Positions 26,401-35,637 of a stretch of DNA of 42,074 nucleotides are shown piece after piece. Where the stretch lies: positions 1 through 42,074 of the forward strand of contig CAXNHL010000001.1 in NCBI GenBank assembly GCA_964202105.1, in the 5' to 3' direction. A model generated the notes under the pieces. It did no database searches. It saw only the letters and a program-made list of their open reading frames with translations, and was not told the origin of the DNA. Within the stretch, counting starts at the first letter, position 1; each line of letters opens with the position of its first letter. The translations under genes and the position numbers were made by a program. This DNA comes from Opitutales bacterium. GTDB taxonomy: Bacteria > Verrucomicrobiota > Verrucomicrobiia > Opitutales > UBA953.

Positions 26401-27702
26401 TCAGGCCGTGACGTACTTCTCGAGACGGCGCTGGACGGCGATGGCCGAGAGCTGGGCGTACTTCGGAAGGCCCTGATCGTAAGGAAGTTGCATTTCTCCC
26501 TGGATGAGCGGGAGGGCGTAGCGCACGAAGTCCGGGTGAATGGACATCTTGTCTTCGCCGATCCACTTCTCCGGGAAAACCTTCACGCCGTTGGCGATCT
26601 GGTCGAGCGGGGCGAGCATGGTCTGGACGGCGTAAGCCTCCTTCTCGGAGCGGGTCAGGATCACCATCTTGCCGGACTCGCCTTCGAGGGCGGCCTTGAC
26701 GGCGGCGCCGCCGCAGAGTTCGGCTTCATCGACGTCGGTCTTCGAAGCGTTGTGCGAAGCGGCGCGCTGGGTGATGCCGAGCTTGGAGGAGCGGGCCTTG
26801 ACGCCGTCGAAGCGGGATTCGACGAGCGTGCGCAGGTATTCGCCGGCACCGCCGAGGACGGCGTGACCGAAAGCGTCGGTGCTCGAGGTGTCGGCTCCGA
26901 GGTAGTTACCGGTGGCGTCCTGGACGCCTTCGGAGACGACGACGAAGCAGTGACCGTTGCTCTTGAGGACTTCTTCGACGCGGCGGATGAAGGCGTCGGC
27001 GTTGAAGGCGACTTCCGGCAGCAGCACGATGTGCGGGGCGGAGCAGGAGTAGTGGGTGTTCTTGACGGCCTTGTCGTCGTTCTTGTCGCGGCGCTGGGCC
27101 AGGACGGAAGAAGCGGCGAGCCAGCCGGCGTTGCGGCCCATGACTTCGAGGATCGAGACGAAGTCGTTCTGGCCCATGGCGGCGTTGTCGAGAGCGGTCT
27201 CGCGGATGGTCACGCCGATGTGCTTGGCGACGGAGCCGTAGCCGGGGCAGTGGTCGGTGAGAGGCAGGTCGTTGTCGATCGTCTTGGGCACGCCGACGAC
27301 GCGGAGTTCGTAGCCGCGCTCCTTGGCGAGGGCGTCGATCTTGGCGGCGGTGTCCTGGGAGTCGTTGCCGCCGATGTAGTGGAAGTAACGGATGTTGTGG
27401 GCTTCGAACACCTGGAGGATGCGGTCGAAGTCTTCGGCCTTCTTCACCTTGTAGCGGCAGGTGCCGAGGGCGGCGCCGGGAGTGTGGCGGAGGGCGCGGA
27501 GGGTCTGCTGGGATTCGGCCGCGAGGTCGACGAGCTGCTCATGGAGCACGCCCTGGATGCCGTTGAGGCCGCCATAGATTTCGACGATCTCGTCCTCATG
27601 CTTGAGGGCTTCGGAGATCACCCCGGCGAGGCTGGCGTTGATGACAGGGGTCGGACCGCCGCTCTGCGCGACGAGAAGGTTGCCAATGAGGGGAGAAGAC
27701 AT
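26401..27702 (-). CDS. pfp: pyrophosphate-dependent 6-phosphofructokinase (PfkA family)
   Basis: QSGGPTPVIN, the GGNDS motif (Asp at the E. coli Gly104-equivalent) and PKTIDND (Lys at the Gly124-equivalent). These are the residues classically associated with PPi rather than ATP use. Confidence 0.85.
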   Translation of the reverse strand: MSSPLIGNLLVAQSGGPTPVINASLAGVISEALKHEDEIVEIYGGLNGIQGVLHEQLVDLAAESQQTLRALRHTPGAALGTCRYKVKKAEDFDRILQVFEAHNIRYFHYIGGNDSQDTAAKIDALAKERGYELRVVGVPKTIDNDLPLTDHCPGYGSVAKHIGVTIRETALDNAAMGQNDFVSILEVMGRNAGWLAASSVLAQRRDKNDDKAVKNTHYSCSAPHIVLLPEVAFNADAFIRRVEEVLKSNGHCFVVVSEGVQDATGNYLGADTSSTDAFGHAVLGGAGEYLRTLVESRFDGVKARSSKLGITQRAASHNASKTDVDEAELCGGAAVKAALEGESGKMVILTRSEKEAYAVQTMLAPLDQIANGVKVFPEKWIGEDKMSIHPDFVRYALPLIQGEMQLPYDQGLPKYAQLSAIAVQRRLEKYVTA

Positions 27703-27795
27703 GGGAGTGAACGAGTTGAAAAGTGGGTTGTGGGAAGCCCTCCCCCCCTTGGCAACACGGAAAACCCTCCCCTACCCGCACCCCCCGACTTAGGC

Positions 27796-29226
27796 CTACA
27801 AAATGCGTCCGGCTTTGACCTGGGCGGACTCCGGAACCTTCCGGGTCCAGTCCGCGGCCTGGCGGACGAACACGTCGACCTGCGCCCCGGCGGAACCGGT
27901 CAGTTCGCCGGCCTTGGTGACGGCGTCGAGGAGGACGGACTTGGGCAAACGCAGGCGCGCGTCGGCGGCGAGGCGGTCGACGAGGTCGTTCCGCTCGATC
28001 TTGCCGGTGCGGAGCTCCTTGGCGACGGCGACGGCGTGTTCCTTGATGGCCTCGTGGGCCTCTTCGCGGCCGGCACCGGCCTTGACGGCTTCCATGAGGA
28101 AGGTGGTCGTGAGCAGGAACGGCAGGTAGTGACGCGACTCGCGGTCGATGACGGGGCGGTTGACCTCCATCTGGCCGAGCACGGTGAGGAAAGCTTCGAA
28201 CAGGCCGTCGATGGCGAGGAAAGCGTCGGGCAGGAGCACGCGGCGCACGACCGAGCACGAGACGTCGCCTTCGTTCCACTGCTCGCCGGAAAGCGAGGCG
28301 GCCATCGCGAGGTGACCGCGCAGGATCACGTGGAAGCCGTTGATACGCTCGCAGGTGCGGGCGTTCATCTTGTGCGGCATGGCGGACGAACCGACCTGGC
28401 CGGGCAGGAAGCCTTCGCTGGCGAGCTCGTGGCCGGCCATGAGGCGGAGGGTCTTGGCGAAGGACGACGGGCCGGAAGCGGCGGAGAGCAACGCGGCGAC
28501 GACTTCCATGTCCATCGAGCGCGGGTAGACCTGGCCGACGGCGCCGAGGGCGTGCGGGATGCCGAGGTGCGCGAGCACGCGGGTCTCGAGCTGGGCGACC
28601 TTGGCGATGTCGCCGGAGAAGAGCGTGAGCTGGTCGAGCTGCGTGCCGACGGCTCCCTTGAGGCCGCGGGCCGCGAAGGCCGCGAGCGCGGCGTCGACCT
28701 GCGCGATGCCGCGGAGGCATTCCTCCCCGAACATGGCCCAGCGCTTGCCGACGGTGGTGGGCTGCGCGGCGACATTATGCGTGCGGGCGGCGATCAGGAC
28801 GTCGCGGTCGGCCTGCGCGCGGCGGGCGAGCGCGGCGAGCGCGGCCACGCCCTTGGCGCGGACGAGCTGGAGCGAACGGAAGACCTGCAGCTGCTCGACG
28901 GATTCGGTGAGGTCGCGGCTGGTGAGGCCCTTGTGGACGTGCTGATGGCCGGCGAGCGCGCAGAACTCGTCGATGCGCGCCTTGACGTCGTGGCGGGTCT
29001 CTTCTTCGCGACGGCGGATGGACTCGAAGTCGACCTGGTCCTTGACCTGCTCATAGGCGGCGAGGGCGGCGGCGGGGATGTCGAGGCCGAGGTCGCGCTG
29101 GGCCTTCATGACGGCGATCCAATACTCGCGCTCGAGGACCACGCGGCCGCGGGTGGACCAGACGGCCTTCATCGCCGGGGAGGCGTAGCGGTCGGCGAGG
29201 ACGTTAGGGACGTTGTCGGATTCCAT
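27796..29226 (-). CDS. purB: adenylosuccinate lyase
   Basis: Fumarate-lyase superfamily signature GSSAMPHKMNARTCE, with length and N-terminus typical of the long PurB type. Confidence 0.93.
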   Translation of the reverse strand: MESDNVPNVLADRYASPAMKAVWSTRGRVVLEREYWIAVMKAQRDLGLDIPAAALAAYEQVKDQVDFESIRRREEETRHDVKARIDEFCALAGHQHVHKGLTSRDLTESVEQLQVFRSLQLVRAKGVAALAALARRAQADRDVLIAARTHNVAAQPTTVGKRWAMFGEECLRGIAQVDAALAAFAARGLKGAVGTQLDQLTLFSGDIAKVAQLETRVLAHLGIPHALGAVGQVYPRSMDMEVVAALLSAASGPSSFAKTLRLMAGHELASEGFLPGQVGSSAMPHKMNARTCERINGFHVILRGHLAMAASLSGEQWNEGDVSCSVVRRVLLPDAFLAIDGLFEAFLTVLGQMEVNRPVIDRESRHYLPFLLTTTFLMEAVKAGAGREEAHEAIKEHAVAVAKELRTGKIERNDLVDRLAADARLRLPKSVLLDAVTKAGELTGSAGAQVDVFVRQAADWTRKVPESAQVKAGRIL

Positions 29227-29247
29227 CGGGATGAAGTAAGGTTTATA

Positions 29248-30372
29248 TCAGGCGGGACGCTTCACGGCAAGCGCTCGGAGGAACATCGCGCGGACGGAGG
29301 ACTCGTCCTCGCCGCGGTTGGAGGCGTCGAAACAGTCCGCGCACGCGAGCTGGAGGTCGACGAGCTCGGCCAGGGTGTAGCGGGCCGCCGCCGGGGCGAC
29401 CTTGTTGCTGACGTACCAGGCGTTCTGGGAGAAGAGGTTGGCCGAGGACTTGGCGGCGGAGCCGAAGGTTGGTCCGTGGCGGCCGCTGGCGGCCTCGAAC
29501 TGGCCCTTGGGCAGGCCGGCCTCGCTGACGCGGAAGTCGCCGGAGTCGACGAGGCAGCGGATCTGGATGAGCAGGCGCAGGCGGTTCTGGAGCGCGCTCA
29601 GGAGCGGGCGGCTGGAATCCTCGTTGAAGAAATAGCGGTCGAGCGAGGCGAGGCCCCAGGCGAGGTCGCGCGCGGCGAGCGCTTCGATGGGCTCGAAGAA
29701 ATCACCTTCGCCGAAGGTCGGGACGAGCAGATGCACGTCGGCTTCCTTGATGGTGCCGCCCGGTCCGACGTAGGTGGCGAGCTTCTCGCATTCGCCCAGC
29801 ACGAGGCGCGTGGACTGGCCGACGCGGCCGACGATGACTTCCGGGACGCCGCGGTCATACTTCACGCCGAGCGCCTTGAGGCGGTCGAGCGCGAGGGCGA
29901 CCTGATTGTCAGCCTGGGCGTCGCCCTTGTCGAACGGGCTCTTGGACGGCGAGGCGTGGAGGATGAAGTCCTGCGCCGCGGACTTGAGCGAGCTGAGGTC
30001 CTTGCGCCGGCCGTCGTAAGGCGTGGCGGAGATGATGATCGAGACGGAGGGATCCGCCGAGGTCGCGACCTCGAGGATGTTGGCGAGGTTCTTCTTCACC
30101 TCCTCCGACTTGGCCTGGACGGTGTCGGCGACGAGGTTGAGGTTACGCAGCCAGATGACGCGCTTGCCACCGAACATGGACAGCGTCTTGACCGACTCCG
30201 CGAACTGGAGCTCGAGCACGCGCGCGTCATCGACCCGCAGGATCTGCGCGGAGATGATCTCGGCTTCGGCGTCAGGGCCCGCGGCCTTCCGGGCCTTGTC
30301 GTAACAGGCACGGCCGTCCTGATCGACGAGGTATTCGTCCTTACCAGCGATGATGGCGAGATAGCCGGGCAC
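29248..30372 (-). CDS. holA: DNA polymerase III delta subunit
   Basis: Delta-subunit-like N-domain (YLAIIAGKDEYLV...MFGGKRVIWLRNLN) and a helical C-domain. The start is uncertain. GTG at 30372 is preceded by GGGAGA 8 nt upstream. The ORF-track ATG at 30435 would add 21 poorly protein-like residues. Confidence 0.7.
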   Translation of the reverse strand: MPGYLAIIAGKDEYLVDQDGRACYDKARKAAGPDAEAEIISAQILRVDDARVLELQFAESVKTLSMFGGKRVIWLRNLNLVADTVQAKSEEVKKNLANILEVATSADPSVSIIISATPYDGRRKDLSSLKSAAQDFILHASPSKSPFDKGDAQADNQVALALDRLKALGVKYDRGVPEVIVGRVGQSTRLVLGECEKLATYVGPGGTIKEADVHLLVPTFGEGDFFEPIEALAARDLAWGLASLDRYFFNEDSSRPLLSALQNRLRLLIQIRCLVDSGDFRVSEAGLPKGQFEAASGRHGPTFGSAAKSSANLFSQNAWYVSNKVAPAAARYTLAELVDLQLACADCFDASNRGEDESSVRAMFLRALAVKRPA

Positions 30373-30446
30373 GCGCCTAATCTCCCGCCCTCCCCTCTCG
30401 TGGCAATCCTTTGTGCGTGCGGCGTGGAGCCGCACGCAGGGACAGA

Positions 30447-30512
30447 GCTAGGACTAGGGCTAGGGACAGGCCAAACCTGGAAACCGATCCATGGCCCTGA
30501 CTCTAGCCCTAG
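30447..30512. repeat. CTAG-rich inverted repeat built from tandem CTAGGN / CTAGCC hexamers
   Basis: ctaggactagggctagggacagg (30448-30470) and cctgactctagccctag (30496-30512). The arms 30454-30470 and 30496-30512 pair at 15 of 17 positions around a 25-nt loop. Five CTAG tetramers occur within 65 nt. Confidence 0.6.
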
Positions 30513-30534
30513 CCTCGGCGGGCGCCGCCTGCCG

Positions 30535-31815
30535 TCAGGCCCCGTGGATCAGGTCCTCGACGCGGTACTTGTTCAGCTTCCGGCGCATGAAATCGAGGGC
30601 GGTGTTCACGGCGCGCTGCTTGATCTGGCGGCGGTCGCCGGGCAGGGCCATGCGCTGGGACCAGACGCCCGTCGGGGAGGCGTAACCGAAATAGACGGTG
30701 CCGACCGGGTCGGCGTCGGTGCCGCCGCCGGGTCCGGCGTAGCCGGTGACGGCGATGGCGTAATCGGAGCCGAACTTCTCGATGGCGCCCGTCGCCATGG
30801 CGGCGGCGCACTCGGCGGAGACGGCGCCATGCTGGGCGATGAGGCAGTCGGGGACGCCGAGGATGTTCACCTTGGCGTCGTTGGCGTAGCAGACGGCCGA
30901 ACCGGCGAAGACCTTGGAGGCGCCGGGGACGTCGGTGAAGGCGTTGGCGAGGAGGCCACCGGTGCAGGACTCGGCGAGGGCGACGGTCTTCTCAAGGCTG
31001 CGCAGCTGCTCGACGACGAGCGTGGCGAGACAGGCGTGGCCGGTGGCGACGAAATCTTCGCCGACCGCGTCGCGGATCTTGCGGGCGACTTCGCAGAGCT
31101 GATCGGCCGTGGCGCCGCCGCCGGCGGACGAGATGCGGGCGTCGACGACGCCGGTGTGCGTGCCGAAACTGAGGGCCATGCCCGGCGCGAGGAGCGGACG
31201 GACGATCGACTCGAGGGGCACGGCGCCGATACCGAAGGTGCGCACCTGCACGTAGGCTTCGCCTTGGCAGGCGCAGCCGACCTGACGGAGACGGGGCACG
31301 ACTTCGTCTTCGAACATCGGACGGAGTTCGAGCGAAGGACCGGGGAGCATGACGAGAGCGCGGCCGTCGCGATGCAGGAAGACACCGGGCGCGGTGCCGC
31401 GCGGATTGGGCAGCGAGTCGGCGCCGGCCGGGACATAGCACTGGCTGAGATCCGCGGCGGCGACCTTGCGTCCGATCATCTTGAAACGATCACGTAGGGC
31501 CTGCTCGGCGGCGGGCACATGCGTGAGGGAAAGTCCGAGGGCGCCGGCGACGGCTTCGCGCGTATGGTCGTCAGAAGTCGGTCCGATGCCGCCGGTGGTG
31601 ACGATGAGGTCGTAGGCGCCCCAGGCTTCGCCGACGGCGCGGGCGATTTCGGCGGCGTCGTCACGGACGACGAGGGAGCGGGTGATGGGCAGGCCGCGGC
31701 GGGCGAGGTGCTCTCCCAGCCAGAGAAGGTGGCCGTTCTCGCGGAGGCCGTCGAGGAGCTCGTCGCCCACGTTGATGACGAGGACCTGTCTGGGTCGGCT
31801 GTTGCAGGAAAGCAT
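30535..31815 (-). CDS. cinA: CinA-family protein (MoCF-biosynthesis-like domain + nicotinamide-nucleotide amidohydrolase PncC domain)
   Basis: TTGGIGPTSDDHT motif in the N-domain and LAESCTGGLLA in the C-terminal CinA domain. Confidence 0.88.
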   Translation of the reverse strand: MLSCNSRPRQVLVINVGDELLDGLRENGHLLWLGEHLARRGLPITRSLVVRDDAAEIARAVGEAWGAYDLIVTTGGIGPTSDDHTREAVAGALGLSLTHVPAAEQALRDRFKMIGRKVAAADLSQCYVPAGADSLPNPRGTAPGVFLHRDGRALVMLPGPSLELRPMFEDEVVPRLRQVGCACQGEAYVQVRTFGIGAVPLESIVRPLLAPGMALSFGTHTGVVDARISSAGGGATADQLCEVARKIRDAVGEDFVATGHACLATLVVEQLRSLEKTVALAESCTGGLLANAFTDVPGASKVFAGSAVCYANDAKVNILGVPDCLIAQHGAVSAECAAAMATGAIEKFGSDYAIAVTGYAGPGGGTDADPVGTVYFGYASPTGVWSQRMALPGDRRQIKQRAVNTALDFMRRKLNKYRVEDLIHGA

Positions 31816-31861
31816 TTGCGGAAACGGGGCGTGCCAGCAGGGTTAGGGGCTCAGGCCCAAA

Positions 31862-33331
31862 ATGCAAACCGACCGGGAAGAACTTTCGCCCAAGGCCAAG
31901 GCCCGGCGTGCCCCCCATACCCCGGGCGTCTACCTGATGAAGGACGCCGCCGGGCTGGTCGTCTACGTAGGCAAGGCCAAGGACCTCAAGAAGCGCCTGG
32001 CCTCCTATTTCGTGCCCCGCCAGCGAATGACCCCCAAAGTGGCCGCGATGATGGACACGGTGGCGGACATGGAATGGCACGAGGTCCGGTCCGAGACCGA
32101 AGCCCTCCTTCTAGAAGGCAAGCTGATCAAACGCTGGCGCCCCCGCTGGAACATCCTCTTCCGCGACGACAAGCAGTTCCCCCAGGTCCGGGTCGACCTC
32201 GCCGACCCCCTCCCCCGCTTCCGCATCGTCCGCGCCCGCACGACCGATGCCTGCCGCTATTTCGGTCCCTTCCCTCATCAGCAGGCGGTCCGCCGCACGC
32301 TCAACGAGATGCGCAAGAAATTCGGCATCCTGCTCGCCGACAGCAACCCGGTCGCTCAGCCCGACGGGACATGGAAACTTTACGACGACGCCCGCGCCGA
32401 AATCCAGAAGCACGGTAACGTGATCACCGCCGAGGAATACGCCGTGCGCGTGACCGAGGCGTGCGCGTTCCTCGAAGGCAAGGTCGAGAGCTGGGCCGAA
32501 CAGGTCGAGGTCGACATGCGCAAGGCCGCCGCGGAGCGTGATTACGAGAAGGCCGCGAGCCTGCGCGACCTGCTCGACGCGCTGAAGCGCACGACGGAGA
32601 AATCGCGCCGCTTCCTCCGCGAGAATCCCCTGCCCCGCCGCGACGAAGCCGGCGCCCTCGCCTCGCTCGCCGCCGCCCTCGGCCTCGAGCGCCCGCCCGC
32701 CACGGCGGAGTGCTTCGACATCTCGCACATCTCCGGTACGCTCGCGGTGGCGTCGATGGTGCGCTTCGTCGACGGCCAGGCCGACAAGTCCGGCTACCGT
32801 CGCTTCAAGATCAAGTCCTTCGAAGGCAACGACGACTTCCGCTCGATGCAGGAAGTCGTCGGCCGCCGCTACACGCGCCTGCACGAAGAGCACCGCGCCT
32901 TCCCCGAGCTCGTCATCATCGATGGCGGCCTCGGCCAGGTCGGCGCCGCGCTCGCGGCCTTCAAGGAACACGACCTCGCCCCGCCTCCGCTCATCGGCCT
33001 CGCCAAGCGCGAAGAGACGATCGTCTTCCCCGACGGCCGCGAGCTGAAGCTGCCGCGGCACGACGTCGGTCTCGCCCTGCTCATGCGCATTCGCGACGAG
33101 GCCCACCGCTTCGCCAACGACTTCAACGCCGAACTCCGCAGCCGCAAGCTACGCGAGTCGCTGCTCGACGAGATGCCCGGCCTCGGGCCCAAGCGGAAGG
33201 ACGCGCTGCTCGAACATTTCGGCAGCATCCAGAAGCTGCGCAAGGCCACCGTCGAGGAGATCGCCGAAGTTGCCGGCCTCAGCGACAAACTCGCCGGCGA
33301 AGTGAAGGCGTATCTAGAGGCGAGAGGGTGA
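31862..33331 (+). CDS. uvrC: excinuclease ABC subunit C (compact, 489 aa)
   Basis: GIY-YIG (GVYLMKDAAGLVVYVGKAKDLKKRLASYF), UVR motif (ERDYEKAASLRDLLDAL), endonuclease core (ECFDISHISG) and C-terminal (HhH)2 (MPGLGPKRKDALLEHFGS). Confidence 0.92.
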   Translation: MQTDREELSPKAKARRAPHTPGVYLMKDAAGLVVYVGKAKDLKKRLASYFVPRQRMTPKVAAMMDTVADMEWHEVRSETEALLLEGKLIKRWRPRWNILFRDDKQFPQVRVDLADPLPRFRIVRARTTDACRYFGPFPHQQAVRRTLNEMRKKFGILLADSNPVAQPDGTWKLYDDARAEIQKHGNVITAEEYAVRVTEACAFLEGKVESWAEQVEVDMRKAAAERDYEKAASLRDLLDALKRTTEKSRRFLRENPLPRRDEAGALASLAAALGLERPPATAECFDISHISGTLAVASMVRFVDGQADKSGYRRFKIKSFEGNDDFRSMQEVVGRRYTRLHEEHRAFPELVIIDGGLGQVGAALAAFKEHDLAPPPLIGLAKREETIVFPDGRELKLPRHDVGLALLMRIRDEAHRFANDFNAELRSRKLRESLLDEMPGLGPKRKDALLEHFGSIQKLRKATVEEIAEVAGLSDKLAGEVKAYLEARG

Positions 33332-33336
33332 GGGTA

Positions 33337-33357
33337 GGGACGCGATGACATCGCGTC
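33337..33357 (+). terminator. perfect 9-bp hairpin just after the uvrC stop (possible terminator, no U-tract)
   Basis: ggacgcgat-gac-atcgcgtcc, 6 nt after the TGA. Only GTT follows, so its function as a terminator is uncertain. Confidence 0.35.
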
Positions 33358-33400
33358 CGTTCGCCGAAAGACAAAGGGAGACCGGAAACCAGAAAGGATG

Positions 33401-33457
33401 CTTGGGCTATGATGTCCCCAGCCAATCATCCGGTCTCCGGTTTCCCTTTGAGTTATG
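33401..33457 (+). repeat. copy 1 of a ~55-nt repeated intergenic element
   Basis: 33416-33456 matches 35653-35693 at 40 of 41 nt (ccccagccaatcatccggtctccggtYtccctttgagttat). A further ~15 nt upstream is similar (ttggg(g)ctWtgatg). Confidence 0.85.
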
Positions 33458-33558
33458 CGTCACTGTCTTGGGTAGGGTTGAGCGCCCTCGCTCGACCGTG
33501 GCTGACCAAGGGTGGTCAGCCCTACCCCGACCAACCAGGGCAGCACGCGGTGCCGCCC

Positions 33559-34647
33559 CTACCTCTTCACCGCCATCTCCCGCTCCACCAGATCTGCCAC
33601 GCGGTCGGCGCCGCCGGCATCACCGAGTCGGTCGACCGAGGCTTTCCACCTCTTCCAAAGAGCCCAGTCACCGGTGAAAGCTTCAGCGATGATCTTACGC
33701 GCCGAGTCAGGCGTGAGGCCGTAGGCGCCGGCGTGATGCTCGGCGATGAGGCGGCCATTGCCGGCTTCCTGGCCGGGAATGACCTGAGTGATCACCATCG
33801 GCACGCCGGCCGCGACGCACTCATGCGTGGTCGCGCCGCCGGCCTTGCTGACGACGAGGTGGCTCGAAAGCATCAGCGCCGGGATCCGGTCCGTCCAGCC
33901 GAGCACTTCGGCACGGCCTTCGACGGCGCGCTCGACGGCTTCCTTGAAGGACGCATCCTTGCCCACGGTGATCGTGAGCTCGAGCCCGAGCGTGGATAGG
34001 GCCGTGGCGAGTTCGACGGCGTCGCGCTTGCCGGGATTAAGCATCAGGAGCACGCGCGGGCGTTCGCCGACCTTGGCCGAAGAACGCGGGGCGAGGCGCG
34101 ACGAGACGGGGAAACCGTAAGGCAGGACCTTCGCGGCGGGCACGCCCTGGCGGATCATGACGTCGGCGGTCGCCTGGTTCGGGGTGACATACCAGTCGGA
34201 GTGCGCGCGATGCCAGGCGCGGTTCACGGAAATGGAATCAGTGACGACGGTGATCAGGCGCGGGCGGGCGGGATCGTCGCGATGCCAGCGCCGGCCCATC
34301 ATGTAGTTATAGAGCGGGTAAGCCGAGACCACGACGGGCGGCTGCGTCGCGTCGAGCATCGCATTCAAGGTCTTCTCGACCGGACGCACGAACGGCAGCG
34401 AAGCGCGCACAAGCGGCAGGCGATCGAGGGCCGTATACAGGCAGCCCCAGAGACGCGGATACTTGTTCGCGACGCCGATATAGTTGTCGCGCTGGCTCCG
34501 TGCCTTCTCCGCGCCGTAGGCTTCGAGGAAGAGGTCGTGCAGTTCGCCGGTCAGGCCGGGCTTGCGGGCGAGCGCTTCGATGATCGAACGCGCGGCGGCG
34601 TTGTGGCCTTCGCCGAAACCGGCCGTGAGGACGGGGATGACGCTCAT
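33559..34647 (-). CDS. UgtP/MGDG-synthase-like diacylglycerol glycosyltransferase (GT28)
   Basis: N-terminal MGDG_synth-type domain (VLTAGFGEGHNAAA, VVSAYPLYN, VVTDSISVNRAWH..SDWYVTPN) and a GT28-type C-domain (LVVSKAGGATTHECVAAGVPMV). The start ATG overlaps the upstream stop (TGATG). Confidence 0.8.
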   Translation of the reverse strand: MSVIPVLTAGFGEGHNAAARSIIEALARKPGLTGELHDLFLEAYGAEKARSQRDNYIGVANKYPRLWGCLYTALDRLPLVRASLPFVRPVEKTLNAMLDATQPPVVVSAYPLYNYMMGRRWHRDDPARPRLITVVTDSISVNRAWHRAHSDWYVTPNQATADVMIRQGVPAAKVLPYGFPVSSRLAPRSSAKVGERPRVLLMLNPGKRDAVELATALSTLGLELTITVGKDASFKEAVERAVEGRAEVLGWTDRIPALMLSSHLVVSKAGGATTHECVAAGVPMVITQVIPGQEAGNGRLIAEHHAGAYGLTPDSARKIIAEAFTGDWALWKRWKASVDRLGDAGGADRVADLVEREMAVKR

Positions 34648-35516
34648 CAGGCGACGAAGGAGATCGTGGCGCTGGCCTCGCCGGCGGGCGCGGGCGAACC
34701 AGTCTTGGCGGCCTCGAAGGCGGCACGGCGTTCGGCGATGCGGCGGAGGAGTTCCGGGCGTTCGACGACGCGGATGGTGCCGTCGTCTTCTTCGACCACG
34801 GCGGTCAGGGATTCGACCCAGTCGCCGGAGTTGATGTAGCGGACGTTGCCGATCATGCGGTCCTCGGCCTTGTGGATGTGGCCGCACATCACGCCTTCGC
34901 AGCCGCGGCGCGCGGCCAGGGTCTGCAGGTGTTCCTCGAAGCTCGAGATGAAGCTGACCGCCGACTTGACCTTGGCCTTGATGGCCTGCGAGAGGGAGAA
35001 GTACTCCTTGCCGCGCCAGGCGCGCCACTTGTTGTAGACGCGGTTCAGGTCGAGGAGGATCTGGTAGCTGATGTCGCCGATCACGGCCAGCCAGCGCATC
35101 TTGACGGTGACGGTGTCGAACGCGTCGCCGTGGATGCAGAGGTATTTACGGCCGTCCTGAGCGACGTGGATGTGTTCTTCGGCGAGCTCGATACGGTCGA
35201 GCACGAGCGGGATCAGCCGGCGGATGAAGTCATCGTGGTTGCCGCGCAGGTAGACGACCTTCGTGCCGTCCTTCTCCGCCATCTTCATGATGCGGCGGAT
35301 GACGGCCGTATGCGCCGGGCTCCAATGGTTCTTCCGCTGCAGCGACCAGAGGTCGATGATGTCGCCGTTGAGGATGAGCTTGTCGCAACGGATACCGCGC
35401 AGTACGTCGAGGAGCTCGCGCGCCTGGGCGTCCTTGGTGCCCAGATGGAGATCCGAAAGGACCAACGTCCGGAAGTGGATCTTATGCTGCCCAGGGACCT
35501 TGGTGGTTTCTTCCAT
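34647..35516 (-). CDS. LpxH/PlcP-family calcineurin-like metallophosphoesterase
   Basis: LVLSDLHLG, LNGDIIDLW, YLRGNHDDF, IHGD and CGHIH metallophosphoesterase motifs. Has GNHD rather than the GNRD of E. coli LpxH. 289 aa with a C-terminal extension. Confidence 0.8.
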   Translation of the reverse strand: MEETTKVPGQHKIHFRTLVLSDLHLGTKDAQARELLDVLRGIRCDKLILNGDIIDLWSLQRKNHWSPAHTAVIRRIMKMAEKDGTKVVYLRGNHDDFIRRLIPLVLDRIELAEEHIHVAQDGRKYLCIHGDAFDTVTVKMRWLAVIGDISYQILLDLNRVYNKWRAWRGKEYFSLSQAIKAKVKSAVSFISSFEEHLQTLAARRGCEGVMCGHIHKAEDRMIGNVRYINSGDWVESLTAVVEEDDGTIRVVERPELLRRIAERRAAFEAAKTGSPAPAGEASATISFVA

Positions 35517-35637
35517 GGGACCAAAGATTACGTGACGATGGTGTCAGTCCCGCGTCAGATGCGTCTTAATAAGGTAACAGAAAGACAAGGTATTGGCGGT
35601 CAGCGATTAGCGGTTGGGAAGTGACCAAGCGCGCAAG

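Noticed and set aside
26488-31497. A 1669-aa uninterrupted plus-strand ORF spanning 5 kb
   Set aside because: It is exactly antisense to pfp, purB, holA and cinA. All four share the same codon phase (low coordinate = 1 mod 3), so stops in this antisense frame arise only where the sense genes use TTA, CTA or TCA, which are rare in this GC-rich genome. Its translation is low-complexity (G/A/D/E/R/V-rich) with no recognisable motifs, whereas the minus-strand genes have clear family signatures.
31816-31861. SOS (LexA) operator in the divergent cinA-uvrC spacer
   Set aside because: No palindromic motif of the TGTTC-N4-GAACA type, or any other convincing inverted repeat, is visible in the 46-nt spacer.
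33500-33521. Hairpin ggctgacca-aggg-tggtcagcc downstream of the glycosyltransferase stop, as an intrinsic terminator
   Set aside because: The 9-bp stem is good, but no U-tract follows on either strand. It may still be a transcript-end structure, but it cannot be called a terminator from sequence alone.
3474-35028. Long Arg/Pro-rich N-terminal extensions of the track ORFs for ddl, murG, murD, mraY, murF, murE, tmk, the FecR-domain gene, the LpxL-like gene and the glycosyltransferase
   Set aside because: Each extension overlaps the upstream gene in a different frame and looks non-protein-like. In each case a Met sits at an ATGA/TGATG junction, or directly before a recognisable N-terminal motif or signal peptide, and that Met was used as the start.
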